Below are positions 1-10,813 of a stretch of DNA of 64,000 bases, one piece after another; the stretch's first letter is position 1, and each line of letters opens with the position of its first letter. The translations under genes and the position numbers were made by a program. This DNA comes from a bacterium. GTDB lineage: Bacteria > SAR324 > NAC60-12. Location: positions 2,240,001 to 2,304,000 of the forward strand of contig OZ242383.1 of NCBI GenBank assembly GCA_965209155.1, in the 5' to 3' direction. The notes under the pieces were generated by a model. That model was not told the origin of the DNA and made no database searches. It saw only the letters and a list, made by a program, of their open reading frames with translations.

Positions 1-340
1 CTTCATTCAACCCTTTTGTCTCGCGACTGGAAGGGGAATTTTTCAATAGATCGTTGCCGAGCGGTTGGTATCTGGAAAACTTCATTGATTCTACCTGGAA
101 TGTCTTTCATTTATAGATTTCGCCCCCCTCCCCAGGCCCCTCCCTCCAGGGGAGGGTATATTTTAAGAGGCTGACATGCATATCAAACTTTCTGTCTCGC
201 GAACGGGAGGGTATATTTAAGAGGCTGACATGCTTCATTCAACCCTTTTGTCTCGCGACCGGAAGGGGGATTTTTATAAAAAGCAGACATGCATATTTAC
301 CCTTCTGTCTCAAGACCGGGGAGGGGTATTTTTTAATAAG
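1..340. repeat. Degenerate tandem ~55-bp palindromic repeats (REP-like array)
   Basis: Unit like GACATGC(TTCATTC)AACCCTTTTGTCTCGCGACCGGAAGGGG recurs at ~1, ~172, ~227 and ~286. Copies at 1-38 and 233-270 are nearly identical. No unique spacers. Confidence 0.6.
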
Positions 341-350
341 TGGACAAACT

Positions 351-2186
351 TCACTCAACAGGTTGACAAGCTTCTTTCAACCATTCCAGGTTGCGACCAT
401 CGAGATAACCCGAAATTTCATCCCAAACCCTCTGGTGATAGTCTTGCAGCCACTGCAATTCGATTGCTTGCAGCAATTGAGAGTCGATGAGTTGCCGGTC
501 AAAGGGGATCATGGTCAAGGGATCGAATTGCAGCCAGGATTTACCTCCGGGATGGGGGGGAAGTTCTTCACAAGGTTCCACCACGTACAAATTTTCCAAA
601 CGAATGCCACCCCAACCGGTTTCGTAATATCCCGGTTCATTGGAAACAATCATGCCGGCACGAAGATCCATTCTATGCGAAAGCGGGGAAATGTTGTGTG
701 GTCCTTCGTGGACGTTGAGAAAAGCACCCACGCCGTGGCCCGTGCCGTGCCCGTAGTCCATCCCTTCATTCCATAACGGAGAACGGGCGACGGCGTCCAG
801 AGAAGCGCCATGGGTCCCTGCGGGAAATTTTTGCAAGGCCAGGCGGATGTGGGATTGCAATACCCTGGTATAAATCGTTTTTTGACGGGCAGTTGGTTCA
901 CCAATCGCGAGGGTTCGAGTGTCATCGGTCGTACCGCCTGCAATTTGAATTCCCGAATCCACCAACAGCATGTGATTCCCTTTCAACTGCTTTGCCGCAC
1001 TGGGATTGGAATAATGCACAATGGCGCCGTTTTCAGCAAACCCGGCGATGGTCGGAAAACTTAAATCCACAAATCCTGCTTCCCGGCTGTATTCTTCATG
1101 GAGTGACTCGGCGTAACTGCGTTCACTGACGAATTCCCCCCGTCTCAATTGGTCGTGGAGTTTGACGAAGCTGCGAATTTTTCCACAAGCCGCGCAATGA
1201 TGCGCTTTGCGGATTTGTTTGATTTCTACAGGATTTTTCAAAGCTTTCATCAATACGATGGGATTCTCTTTTTCGTAACGGGATCGAGCGCTTTCCTGGC
1301 GTGTTTGACCCTTTTTGCGAAGCGCCAGGTAAGTACCCATGGTCGTACTGGTGGGATCAAGCCAGATTTTTGAATTGGACAGGGATAGCAAATGGTCTTT
1401 GTAGGCCGCATAAGGTTTGAATTGAATCCAATTTTTCAGGGACTGCCGTACCTCCCGGGAAGCCTCTGCCAACGTAAAACAAAAGGCCTGCTCCTGGTCG
1501 ATCACGCAATAAGCTTCAAAAACGGGATTGCAGTCGATATCTTTTCCCCGCAAGTTGGTAAGCCAGGCGATCTCATCGAGTTTGGTGAGGACCAGCGCCT
1601 GCACTCCACCATCATGCATTGTTTGCCGGATTCGCTCCAACTTGGCTGCTGTCGTTTCACCCGTCCAGGAGGAGTCGAGAAGATAAATGGGTTGGCAAGG
1701 AGCTTGCGGACGATCTTCCCAAACCTGATCGACCAGGTTCGGGAAGACAGGGATCAATCGAGAATCCGGTGACTGCAGGTTTTTCAAAAATACGCGATGG
1801 GTTTTCGGAGTCATGGTAAATGGATCGAAACCCACTCTCAACGACTGCTGCCGCTTTTCTTGCCGGGCAAGCCATTGTTCGACGGTGGGCACTCCTTCCA
1901 ATCCTGCTTTTCGCACGACAAACCACTTTTCAGAAACCTCCTGTCCGGCTTGCAGGTGGTAACGGGAGTCTACGAACAACTGGTGTTTTCCGACACGGCA
2001 GAACAACGCCGTTCCCGCAGAACCGGAAAATCCCGTTATGGCTTTCAGACGTTGCTTGTACTCGGGAACGAACTCGTTGAGATGTTCATCCATGGAAGGC
2101 ACGAGATAGACGTCGATTTCGTGCTGTTCGAGCTTTTGCAACAATTTTAAAATTCTTTTTTCGACAATCGTTGTTGAGGGGTTCAT
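351..2186 (-). CDS. Xaa-Pro aminopeptidase (aminopeptidase P, M24B family)
   Basis: DEHLNEF, TGFSGSAG, DSG..GTTDDTRT, HGTGHGVG..LNVHEGP, NEPGYY..GIRLEN metal-binding motifs. Confidence 0.95.
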   Translation of the reverse strand: MNPSTTIVEKRILKLLQKLEQHEIDVYLVPSMDEHLNEFVPEYKQRLKAITGFSGSAGTALFCRVGKHQLFVDSRYHLQAGQEVSEKWFVVRKAGLEGVPTVEQWLARQEKRQQSLRVGFDPFTMTPKTHRVFLKNLQSPDSRLIPVFPNLVDQVWEDRPQAPCQPIYLLDSSWTGETTAAKLERIRQTMHDGGVQALVLTKLDEIAWLTNLRGKDIDCNPVFEAYCVIDQEQAFCFTLAEASREVRQSLKNWIQFKPYAAYKDHLLSLSNSKIWLDPTSTTMGTYLALRKKGQTRQESARSRYEKENPIVLMKALKNPVEIKQIRKAHHCAACGKIRSFVKLHDQLRRGEFVSERSYAESLHEEYSREAGFVDLSFPTIAGFAENGAIVHYSNPSAAKQLKGNHMLLVDSGIQIAGGTTDDTRTLAIGEPTARQKTIYTRVLQSHIRLALQKFPAGTHGASLDAVARSPLWNEGMDYGHGTGHGVGAFLNVHEGPHNISPLSHRMDLRAGMIVSNEPGYYETGWGGIRLENLYVVEPCEELPPHPGGKSWLQFDPLTMIPFDRQLIDSQLLQAIELQWLQDYHQRVWDEISGYLDGRNLEWLKEACQPVE

Positions 2187-2440
2187 CTTGTCTTCCGAAT
2201 TATTAAATGCATAAAACTGATTGGAAATTAAATTACCAGAGGCGTTGATTCCTGTCTACCTTCTGGTCGGATTGTGATTACCGGGTGTTGTCCCGTATCG
2301 AGATCCAACCTTTCCAAAGGCGGAATTGTTCTTTGTACCCGGCTATGATAAAATTTGTTTCCGCAGTGATTTCTTCCCTATCACGGGTTTCATCAACGGT
2401 TCCTGGACCAGGATTGATCCAAATATCGAGAATTTGAAGC

Positions 2441-3055
2441 ATGTTCAGCGGAATTGTGAAAGGTCTGTGCCGCGTAGCATCGGTTACGGAAAAGATTGGA
2501 GGCAGGCAGTTGGCTGTTGCCTTGCATGATTTCAGTCAAGACCTCGAAACCGGAGCCAGTGTGGCCATCAATGGTGCATGCCTGACCGTGGTCGCGCTGC
2601 AGGACGGCGTAGCAAGGTTCGATGTCATCGAGGAAACGCTCATTCGCACGGATATCGGAAATTTGAAATCTGGTGATTTCGTGAACATCGAACGTTCATG
2701 CCGGATTGGCGATGAAATTGGAGGCCATCACGTGATGGGACACGTGGATACGAGGGGTACCATTGGGAAAATTCGCAACGCTCCCAACAACAGGGAAATT
2801 GTCATTCATCATGATCCCCAATGGCACAAATACATGATTCCCAAAGGGTGGATTGCCGTGGATGGCATCAGTTTGACGGTCGTTGCAGTGGCCCGGGATC
2901 ATTTCTCGGTTTGCTTGATCCCGGAAACTCTGGCGCGCACCACTTTAGGCTTCAAAGAAACGCAGCATTCTGTTAACCTGGAATTCGACCACGCAACCAA
3001 AGTGATTGTCACCACAATCGAACGGATGGGGCTTCCCGCATCAGCGAGTTCTTGA
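2441..3055 (+). CDS. ribE: Riboflavin synthase alpha chain
   Basis: N-terminal MFSGIV, SVAINGACLTV, VNIERS, GGHHVMGHVD, KGWIAVDGISLTV, VNLEFD. Confidence 0.95.
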   Translation: MFSGIVKGLCRVASVTEKIGGRQLAVALHDFSQDLETGASVAINGACLTVVALQDGVARFDVIEETLIRTDIGNLKSGDFVNIERSCRIGDEIGGHHVMGHVDTRGTIGKIRNAPNNREIVIHHDPQWHKYMIPKGWIAVDGISLTVVAVARDHFSVCLIPETLARTTLGFKETQHSVNLEFDHATKVIVTTIERMGLPASASS

Positions 3056-3095
3056 AAACGCAGAACACTCTCAACATTCATTCAATTCGCAGTCT

Positions 3096-4187
3096 ATGAA
3101 ATCTCGTGTTTATAATTTTGGAGCAGGACCCACCATGCTGCCACGGCCGGTCATGGAACAAGTTCAGGAGGAATTTCTGGATTTTCAAGGGTTGGGAGTC
3201 TCGATTATAGAACTCGGTCACCGCACCCGAGAGTTTGAATCGTTGGTGGAGGAGAGCATTTGTATTTTTCGAAAATTGACAAATCTTCCCGATCATTACA
3301 AAGTCATTTATCTCCATGGCGGAGGAAGAATGCAATTTTCTGCGGTTCCGCTGAATTTGATTGCACGCACTGCCGGAAAAAAAGCGCTGTATGTGGACAG
3401 TGGTTTTTTTTCCCAGCAAGCCATTGCGGAAGCGAAACGCTACGGAGAAATCCTGACGATCGCCAGTAGCGCGGAGAGCGGGTACGATCGCATTCCCTGG
3501 ATTGATGTCACAACCCTGGACCCTGCTGCATCCTATATCCATATCACCTCGAACAACACGATTGTGGGAACGCAGTGGAAGGCATTCCCGGAAACGAACG
3601 ATATGCCTTTAGTGATTGACGCGACTTCCGACATCCTTTCCCGAGTCGTCGATTTTTCGCAGGTTGGAGTGACTTATGCCAGTCTGCAGAAAAACCTGGG
3701 CCCCCCTGGCGTGGCCCTGGTGGTAGTGCGGGAAGATTTATTGGAGCACGCTTTGCCAGAGACTCCCATGCTGCTCAACTATAAAGATATGGTCGAAAGC
3801 AATTCCCTCCTCAATACTGCCAACACCATTGGGATTTACATCGCCTGTTTGATTTTGAAATGGTTGGAAAAGCAGGGAGGGATCTCCGTCATTGAAGCCT
3901 GTAATCGTAAGAAGGCGGCTCTGCTTTACGAAGCCATTGATTCCTCGAATTTCTATACATCAATAGCTCACAGGGAGCACCGTTCGCTGATGAACGTCAC
4001 CTTCAACCTGCCCACCGAGGAATTATTTCAAACATTTCTCAAAGAAGCTGCCCAGCAAGGGTTGTACGCCCTCAAAGGACATCGCATCGCGGGCGGCGCG
4101 AGGGCTTCCATCTACAATGCCATGCCTATCGAGGGGATCGAAGCCCTGGTTGCATTCATGGACGAATTCGCCCGAAAAAACGGCTGA
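3096..4187 (+). CDS. serC: Phosphoserine aminotransferase
   Basis: YNFGAGP, SNNTIVG, QKNLGPPG (PLP lysine), RSLMNVTF, LKGHR..GGARASIYNAM. ATG at 3096 preferred over the upstream in-frame start. Confidence 0.95.
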   Translation: MKSRVYNFGAGPTMLPRPVMEQVQEEFLDFQGLGVSIIELGHRTREFESLVEESICIFRKLTNLPDHYKVIYLHGGGRMQFSAVPLNLIARTAGKKALYVDSGFFSQQAIAEAKRYGEILTIASSAESGYDRIPWIDVTTLDPAASYIHITSNNTIVGTQWKAFPETNDMPLVIDATSDILSRVVDFSQVGVTYASLQKNLGPPGVALVVVREDLLEHALPETPMLLNYKDMVESNSLLNTANTIGIYIACLILKWLEKQGGISVIEACNRKKAALLYEAIDSSNFYTSIAHREHRSLMNVTFNLPTEELFQTFLKEAAQQGLYALKGHRIAGGARASIYNAMPIEGIEALVAFMDEFARKNG

Positions 4188-4285
4188 CTAAAATTTTCCG
4201 GTGAATATTCCCTGCATTGCAATTTGAACAATGCCGCGCTAAAGTCAAAGGGAATTGAGAATTGCTTAGTTCAAAATAAATTAAA

Positions 4286-6973
4286 ATGAAGACCTCCCAA
4301 CAAATCCGACAGGAATTCCTTTCATTTTTTGAATCCAGAGGGCACCGTTTTGTGCGCAGTTCGCCGGTTGTCCCTGTGGATGACCCGTCGCTTTTGTTCA
4401 CCAATGCGGGCATGAACCAGTTCAAGGATATTTTTCTGGAAACCGGTACCCGCAGTTACAAGCGGGCAGTCAACTCCCAGAAATGCATCCGGGCCAGTGG
4501 CAAGCACAACGACCTGGAAGACGTGGGACACGATAATTTTCACCATACTTTTTTCGAGATGCTGGGAAACTGGTCCTTCGGAGACTATTTCAAGGAAGAT
4601 TCGATTCGCTGGGCCTGGCAATTGATGGTGGATCAATGGGAATTGCCTGCTGAGAGATTATGGGCCACCGTTTTTGAAGGGAATGTGGAGGAGAACCTGG
4701 AACCCGACCTGGAAGCCGAGGAATTATGGAAGACTTGTAGCGACATCGGCCATGAACGAATTCTACGCTGCAGCAAAAAGGACAACTTCTGGGAAATGGG
4801 CGAAACGGGTCCCTGTGGTCCCTGTTCCGAAATCCATATCGATTTGGGAGAAGGCACCTGCCCCTTGTCCGGAGAGCATCGATGCGCCGTGAACGTGGAG
4901 GGTTGCTGGCGTTTTGTTGAATTGTGGAACCTGGTCTTCATACAATACAATCGGGCCGCAGGTGGAGATCTGGAGAAATTACCGGCCCAACACGTTGACA
5001 CCGGAATGGGACTGGAACGAATTTGCCGGGTATTGCAGAAGGTCGATTCGAACTACGACACCGACCTGTTCACGCCAATCCTCGACGCCATTTCTCAAAC
5101 CACCGGGATGCCCTATACGGACGGAGAAGTCGGTGTGGCATTCCGAGTGATTGCCGATCACCTGCGCTCCCTGACCTTTGCGATTGCCGATGGTGCCATT
5201 CCTTCCAACGAGGGACGCGGGTATGTCCTGCGTCGCATGCTGAGGCGAGCAATTCGCTATAGCCGCGTTCTGGGCATGAAAGATCCTTTTTTGCACCAAC
5301 TCGTTCCTTCTCTCGTACTGCATATGGGCGAAGCATTCCCGGAAATTGCAGTCCGGGAAAAGCACGTCACCGGAGTGATCCGGGCGGAAGAAGAAAGTTT
5401 CGGATATACCCTGGACCGCGGGTTGGTAATCTTCGAGCAGATGATGCAAAAGAGGCAAACCCGGGACAAACGCCAACTGTCCGGCGAAGACGTCTTCCTT
5501 TTGTACGACACCTATGGCTTCCCTGTCGACTTGACCCGTTTGCTCTGCGTGGAGCGTCACCACTCGATCGACGAAGCGGGTTTTGATCGATGTATGGAAC
5601 AACAGCGTACACGGGCACGAGAGGCGGCAAAATTCAAGACAAGCATCGAAAACTGGCGGATTGTCAGTGAAGGTCCCCATTCTCGTTTTGTCGGCTATGA
5701 CACGCACACGGCTATTTCAGCCATTCGCCGCTACACTCGAAACGAGCGAGGGCAGTGGCTGATCGTTTTGGATCAAAGTCCCTTCTATGCCGAAGCAGGC
5801 GGGCAAGTAGCGGACCGGGGTTGGTTCAGGCAACGAAGTTCCCACCCTATCGATCCAACAAAACCGTTGGAAAAACAATGGACGGTGGTTGACGTGCGGA
5901 AGGAGGGAGACGCCATCGTTCACGTCGCAGAAGGCCCGTCAGCGCCTTTAGAAAGTCCCATGGAAGCCGAGGTCGACTGTCAACTGCGCTTGACGACCAC
6001 TTACAATCACACTGCCACGCATTTGTTGCACGCCGCTTTGAGACAGGTCTTGGGCGGTCACGTCAACCAGGCCGGCTCGGTGGTCCACCCGGATTACCTG
6101 CGATTCGATTTCACGCATTTTGAAAAACCAGGTGAATCACAAATGCTGGAAATCGAAGGGCTGGTCAACCAAAAGATCAGGGAAAACATTCCCCTCGATA
6201 TTTATGAAACCGCATACGACCAGGCAATCGCCGATGGCATAATCGCTCTTTTTGGTGAAAAATATGACGATGTGGTGCGGGTCGTACAGGCATCCGACTA
6301 TTCATCGGAACTCTGTGGCGGATGCCACGTGAAAGCGACCGGAGAAATTGGCCAGTTCCGTATCTCGTCAGAAGCGAGTATTGCATCGGGAGTCCGCCGT
6401 ATCGTCGCGATCACCGGCCCCGAAGCGGAACGCATGGCCCGTGAGGAAGGAAAAGCCATCCACGAATTGCGCCGGTTATTCAATGTCTCCACCACGGAAA
6501 TAACTCCCCTCGTCGAGCAATTACTCGAAGAGAAGCGTCAACTGGAAAAAGAATTACTGAACTTGAAAAAAGAATCCGCTGCTGGTGGCGCGGAGCAATT
6601 GATCGAGCAAGCTCATGAAATTGCCGGGGTCAAAGTGGTGATTTCCGAAGTGGAAATCGATTCCATGGATTCGTTCAAAAGCCTGGGAGATTCGCTACGC
6701 GAGCAGCTCAGTCCCGGACTGGCGGTGCTGGCGTCTCGTCTGAATGGCAAAGTCTCCTTCCTGTGCGTCGTCTCGGATCACCTGGTTGCTCAAGCAGTAA
6801 AGGCGGGAGAAGTGATCAATCTCGTCGCCAAATTGGCTGACGGACGCGGGGGTGGCAAAGCGCACCTGGCTCAAGCAGGAGCGAAATCTCCGCACAAGCT
6901 GCCGGATGCCTTGCGTCAGGCTCCGTCCTTGATCGAGCAATATTTGCATGCGCGCCACATCAACGGGAGCTGA
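4286..6973 (+). CDS. alaS: Alanine--tRNA ligase
   Basis: LLFTNAGMNQFK, HHTFFEMLGNWSFGDYFK, DTGMGLER, HTATHLLH, ELCGGCH, GGGK..AQAG. Confidence 0.98.
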   Translation: MKTSQQIRQEFLSFFESRGHRFVRSSPVVPVDDPSLLFTNAGMNQFKDIFLETGTRSYKRAVNSQKCIRASGKHNDLEDVGHDNFHHTFFEMLGNWSFGDYFKEDSIRWAWQLMVDQWELPAERLWATVFEGNVEENLEPDLEAEELWKTCSDIGHERILRCSKKDNFWEMGETGPCGPCSEIHIDLGEGTCPLSGEHRCAVNVEGCWRFVELWNLVFIQYNRAAGGDLEKLPAQHVDTGMGLERICRVLQKVDSNYDTDLFTPILDAISQTTGMPYTDGEVGVAFRVIADHLRSLTFAIADGAIPSNEGRGYVLRRMLRRAIRYSRVLGMKDPFLHQLVPSLVLHMGEAFPEIAVREKHVTGVIRAEEESFGYTLDRGLVIFEQMMQKRQTRDKRQLSGEDVFLLYDTYGFPVDLTRLLCVERHHSIDEAGFDRCMEQQRTRAREAAKFKTSIENWRIVSEGPHSRFVGYDTHTAISAIRRYTRNERGQWLIVLDQSPFYAEAGGQVADRGWFRQRSSHPIDPTKPLEKQWTVVDVRKEGDAIVHVAEGPSAPLESPMEAEVDCQLRLTTTYNHTATHLLHAALRQVLGGHVNQAGSVVHPDYLRFDFTHFEKPGESQMLEIEGLVNQKIRENIPLDIYETAYDQAIADGIIALFGEKYDDVVRVVQASDYSSELCGGCHVKATGEIGQFRISSEASIASGVRRIVAITGPEAERMAREEGKAIHELRRLFNVSTTEITPLVEQLLEEKRQLEKELLNLKKESAAGGAEQLIEQAHEIAGVKVVISEVEIDSMDSFKSLGDSLREQLSPGLAVLASRLNGKVSFLCVVSDHLVAQAVKAGEVINLVAKLADGRGGGKAHLAQAGAKSPHKLPDALRQAPSLIEQYLHARHINGS

Positions 6974-6976
6974 TTC

Positions 6977-8269
6977 ATGCGTTATGAAATGTTTATCGGA
7001 CTGCGCTACTTGCTATCCCGGCGCAAGGACCGTTCGATTTCCGTCATCACCTGGATTTCAATTTGCGGGGTGATGATCGGCGTGGTGGCCCTGATCGTTT
7101 CAACGTCTCTGATGAATGGATTTCGTGACAACCTTCGCAAAGCCATTACCGGTTCCCTGCCACATATCACCGTTTTCGGGGTACTGCGAGACACTTCGGA
7201 AATCGAGCAGCTGGAAGAACGTATCGCCCGGCATGCCGAAGTGCAACACACCGCCCCCCATATTTACAAACAGGCCTTGGTCGTCGGCGACGAACTTCCC
7301 AAAGGAGCATTGATTCGTGGTATCGATCCGGACCGTGAAATCCATGTCACCGAAATCGCATCGTACCTTCGTGAGCAAATCTATCCTCCGGAACCACCCA
7401 CCCCGGAAGAACAAGATCGTATTTCCCGGAACATTTTGTCCCGCCTGTCATACGCGCGTTCCCGGGAGGGGAAGACCAGTGACGGTGTGATTTTAGGCGC
7501 TTCCCTGGCACAGGGTTTGGGAGTGTTCCTCGGGGATAGCGTCAAACTGATTTCCTCGGAAACCCGAATGACCCCCGTGGGGGACGTCCCGCGGGCCAAG
7601 AAACTGGAAGTGATCGGTATTTTCGAATCGGGAATCTCCGGTTATGATGAAGTGCTGGCTTTCGTGGATTACAGGCTGGTGCAGAAGATTTACAACATGG
7701 GCGAGCAAGTGACGGGAATTGGAGTGAGTATCGTGGACCCGGTCGACGCAACGCGGGTCGCTACCGAGTTGAAAGAGGACTTGAAGCATTTCATCGTCAA
7801 CGACTGGGCCAGTGAAAACAAAAGCATTTTTCAATTGATGGAGCTTGAAAAACTGGCCCTCTTCATCGTATTGGCCCTCATTGTCCTGGTTGCCGCGTTC
7901 AACATCATCAGTTCATTGACCATGTTGGTTTTGGAAAAAACCAAGGAAATCGCCATCCTCAAGTCGCTGGGGGCGACGGACCGCAGCGTGCTTTCCATCT
8001 TCATGTTGCAAGGAGTGATGATCGGCGTGTTCGGAACCTGCTTCGGATTATTGCTGGGATTGGGAATCTGCTGGTTCCTGCTCAATTTCAACGTTGTTGA
8101 AATTCCCCCGGGAGTCTATCCGGGAGGCAATCGCATTCCTTTATCGATCGAATGGATGGAAATCGGCATCATTGCCCTGACCTCGTTTGCCATTTGTTTT
8201 CTGGTAACCCTCGTCCCCGCCTGGAAAGCCGTACGTATCGAACCGGCAGCAGCCTTGCAATATGAATGA
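6977..8269 (+). CDS. lolC: Lipoprotein-releasing ABC transporter permease (LolC/E family)
   Basis: FIGLRYL, SLMNGF, VAAFNIISSLTMLVLEKTKEIAILKSLGA, PAWKAVRIEPAAALQYE. Confidence 0.9.
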   Translation: MRYEMFIGLRYLLSRRKDRSISVITWISICGVMIGVVALIVSTSLMNGFRDNLRKAITGSLPHITVFGVLRDTSEIEQLEERIARHAEVQHTAPHIYKQALVVGDELPKGALIRGIDPDREIHVTEIASYLREQIYPPEPPTPEEQDRISRNILSRLSYARSREGKTSDGVILGASLAQGLGVFLGDSVKLISSETRMTPVGDVPRAKKLEVIGIFESGISGYDEVLAFVDYRLVQKIYNMGEQVTGIGVSIVDPVDATRVATELKEDLKHFIVNDWASENKSIFQLMELEKLALFIVLALIVLVAAFNIISSLTMLVLEKTKEIAILKSLGATDRSVLSIFMLQGVMIGVFGTCFGLLLGLGICWFLLNFNVVEIPPGVYPGGNRIPLSIEWMEIGIIALTSFAICFLVTLVPAWKAVRIEPAAALQYE

Positions 8270-8587
8270 TACGATCCTGAGTCCCATCCTCTCTTGTGCG
8301 TTGAGGAACCGGAAAACCAATTCTATCCCTCCCTGCTCTGGGAATTGGCCGAAGAATTTCGCGCTTATTCGAACCGAGGCGGACAGGTCTTCGTCTCAAC
8401 CCATTCGCCGGATTTTCTAAATGCGATGAAGTTGGATGAGGTTTTCTGGTTGCAAAAGCAAGCCGGATATACTTCCGTTCTGCGAACCCGGGATGATACG
8501 CAACTATCGACTTATATGCAGGAAGGAGATCAAATGGGTTTTCTTTGGAAGCAGGGTTTTTTTCCAGGAGCTGATCCCAATTCATGA
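8270..8587 (+). pseudogene. C-terminal fragment of an AAA_21/AbiEii-type ATPase
   Basis: YDPESHPLLCVEEPENQFYP (Walker B) and QVFVSTHSPDFLN (H-loop). No Walker A or N-terminus; begins right after the lolC stop. Confidence 0.75.
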
Positions 8588-8685
8588 ATCTCGTCTTTAT
8601 TCTTGAAGAACCTTAGGGCCAGAAAGTTGCTGGCTCACGAGCGATCGGGCCACATTTATCATTGACCGGAAACCGTTCTTTTTGA
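8584..8685 (+). pseudogene. Internally deleted DUF4276-like partner gene
   Basis: ATGA overlap with the ATPase fragment. Reads MNLVFILEEP-stop then GQKVAGSRAIGPHLSLTGNRSF, resembling the N- and C-termini of DUF4276 proteins (recognised from memory). Confidence 0.55.
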
Positions 8686-8806
8686 TGCCAGGATTATTAA
8701 TAAATTTAATTTTTAATTTAAATTTTTTCAGGTAATCTTATGTAACTGTTTAAAAATTCTGATAAAAAGAATGATTTATATAACGGCATTATGAAAAGGG
8801 TACGTT

Positions 8807-10813
8807 GTGGAGCGAGAAAAAGTAAAGAAAGTTGAACTGGAGTTTATGGAGACGAGTTCAATAGAGGGATTTGCATCGAAATCGGTAACCTCAGATAATG
8901 CCGCCAATCCAGATGTGATTGTGCGTGAATTAGTTCAGAACGGTCTTGATGCCGCTAGAGATGCTGATAGGCAAAAGGCTGAAATTGATTTTATTTTCGA
9001 TGAAATCAAGATTAGGGATATTCCAGGGATTGGTGCGTACAGGAAAGCTTTTGAAGCGGCAGCGGGTGAACATGTGAGTGAAATGAGTACAGCGGAAGCA
9101 CAAATCGAGCGTATTCAGAATAGCCTCAAGAAAACTACTATATCAGTACTGCATATCAGGGACAATGGGGTTGGACTTGACGCAGTAAGAATGAATGCTT
9201 TACTCGGTGATGGTATGACAAATAAGGACGGGGCAGCGTCTATGTCTGTCGGTTCGTACGGACTCGGTCATTACACAGCTTTTCCTTCATCTGATCTTCA
9301 ATACATCCTTTACGGAGGTGTGACAGCCAAAGGCACCATGATCATGTCTGCACATGCTATCCTAGCTTCACACATAATGGACAATGAAATTAAAGGAAAG
9401 GATGGTTATTTCATATCAGGTAAACAAGTAAATATTCGTTCTCGATATCAGTTCCCAACAAATGAAGATGTACCATCCGTCATGAGAAAATTTCTGAAAG
9501 AAATTTCTGCGACAAATAACGGAAGCGGTTCAGTTATATCAATACTGGCTTTCAACAACTTCCGTGCAAATGATGCCGACCCGGCAGAAGCTGTGATGGA
9601 AGCCGTTGCCAGACATTTTTTCCCGGCTATTTACAAGGAACAACTAGCGGTGAGCGTGATACAGGGAAACAAAAAACAAACTCTTGACATGAACTCTTTG
9701 AATTTCTTGATACAGAAAAAGCGTGATGAAAAGCGTCGAATTCGTACAGACGATACCGGCCTTAATGGTCATAAGGCTTATGCCGCCTATCGCACACTGA
9801 TATCTGGCAACTGTCAGATAGTAGACACCGGTTTTGGAAAGGTAGCACTGTATATGAGAGATACAGATGCAGACGAAATCACTCGTATCAACCTGTTTCG
9901 CAGTGGTATGTTTATAACCGACCAAGTTCCAATGAATACGGCCGCTGTTTATCGATCATTTCTTCCATTTAACGCGGTGCTTCTTCTTGATGCCCCGCCT
10001 TTAAAAGAAGGAAACATGGAGATTGCATATCAAGTGATTCGAAGGGCTGAAGGTGAAAAGCATGTGGATCTTAATAAGGAGAGACTTCCCAATGATTTAA
10101 AAAAGATATTTGAACCCTTATTCCGTACTATTCAGAACGAAATCAGGGCTTTTGCTAGGAAAGACAATAGCGATTCATACTCTCCTGAGTCATTCATGTT
10201 GCTGGATAAAAATAATGATAGCACATTACATCTCAGAAATAAAAAAAGTAACAAATTAAATTCACCGCTGTCGCTAAGCAGATTACAATTCACACCGTTA
10301 GCTGAAAACATCAATGAAATAGTTGACTCCGAAATAGCAGAGAAACGAGAACGGGAATACAAGCGAAAGGGCAAGCATCAAAAACCTCATCCTGGCAAGG
10401 TACCCATATCCACATTCAATAGGTCTGGACGCAACGCACCAGTATCTTGTGTCGCCCGTCGTGAAGGACGTGAAGTTCGTCTTTCTCTGCATACTCTGGA
10501 ATATGTGGCGAATGCGGGGTTACGGTTATTACTAGACCGTGGTGCTGACCCCACTTGCACACAACCGCTTCCCGATCCCTTTCTGGCAATAATGCAAGGC
10601 GCGACTGTAAATGGTGTTCTAATTCCCGAAGAAGCACACATAAAGGCAAATGGTAATATTTATGAAGTGTTGTTAGGTTCTATGAACACTAATACACGCT
10701 GCCATGTGAAAGTACACTTAGTAGAGAATATACTGGATGATGCGATTCTTAAGGTAAACATTGTATCTCGACATGTAGAGGATAATTTACTCAAAACGGA
10801 GATTGTTCAATGA
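8807..10813 (+). CDS. GHKL (HSP90/MutL/MORC-like) ATPase with uncharacterised C-terminal region
   Basis: Bergerat-fold motifs IVRELVQNGLDA, IRDNGVGLD, VGSYGLGH in the N-terminal 160 aa. 668-aa ORF; alternative ATG at 8846. Confidence 0.8.
   Translation: MEREKVKKVELEFMETSSIEGFASKSVTSDNAANPDVIVRELVQNGLDAARDADRQKAEIDFIFDEIKIRDIPGIGAYRKAFEAAAGEHVSEMSTAEAQIERIQNSLKKTTISVLHIRDNGVGLDAVRMNALLGDGMTNKDGAASMSVGSYGLGHYTAFPSSDLQYILYGGVTAKGTMIMSAHAILASHIMDNEIKGKDGYFISGKQVNIRSRYQFPTNEDVPSVMRKFLKEISATNNGSGSVISILAFNNFRANDADPAEAVMEAVARHFFPAIYKEQLAVSVIQGNKKQTLDMNSLNFLIQKKRDEKRRIRTDDTGLNGHKAYAAYRTLISGNCQIVDTGFGKVALYMRDTDADEITRINLFRSGMFITDQVPMNTAAVYRSFLPFNAVLLLDAPPLKEGNMEIAYQVIRRAEGEKHVDLNKERLPNDLKKIFEPLFRTIQNEIRAFARKDNSDSYSPESFMLLDKNNDSTLHLRNKKSNKLNSPLSLSRLQFTPLAENINEIVDSEIAEKREREYKRKGKHQKPHPGKVPISTFNRSGRNAPVSCVARREGREVRLSLHTLEYVANAGLRLLLDRGADPTCTQPLPDPFLAIMQGATVNGVLIPEEAHIKANGNIYEVLLGSMNTNTRCHVKVHLVENILDDAILKVNIVSRHVEDNLLKTEIVQ

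Noticed and set aside
1..340. Possible CRISPR array
   Set aside because: Units are degenerate along their whole length, there are no unique spacers, and no cas genes are in the window.
2187..2440. FMN riboswitch upstream of ribE
   Set aside because: The conserved RFN sequence blocks were not found.
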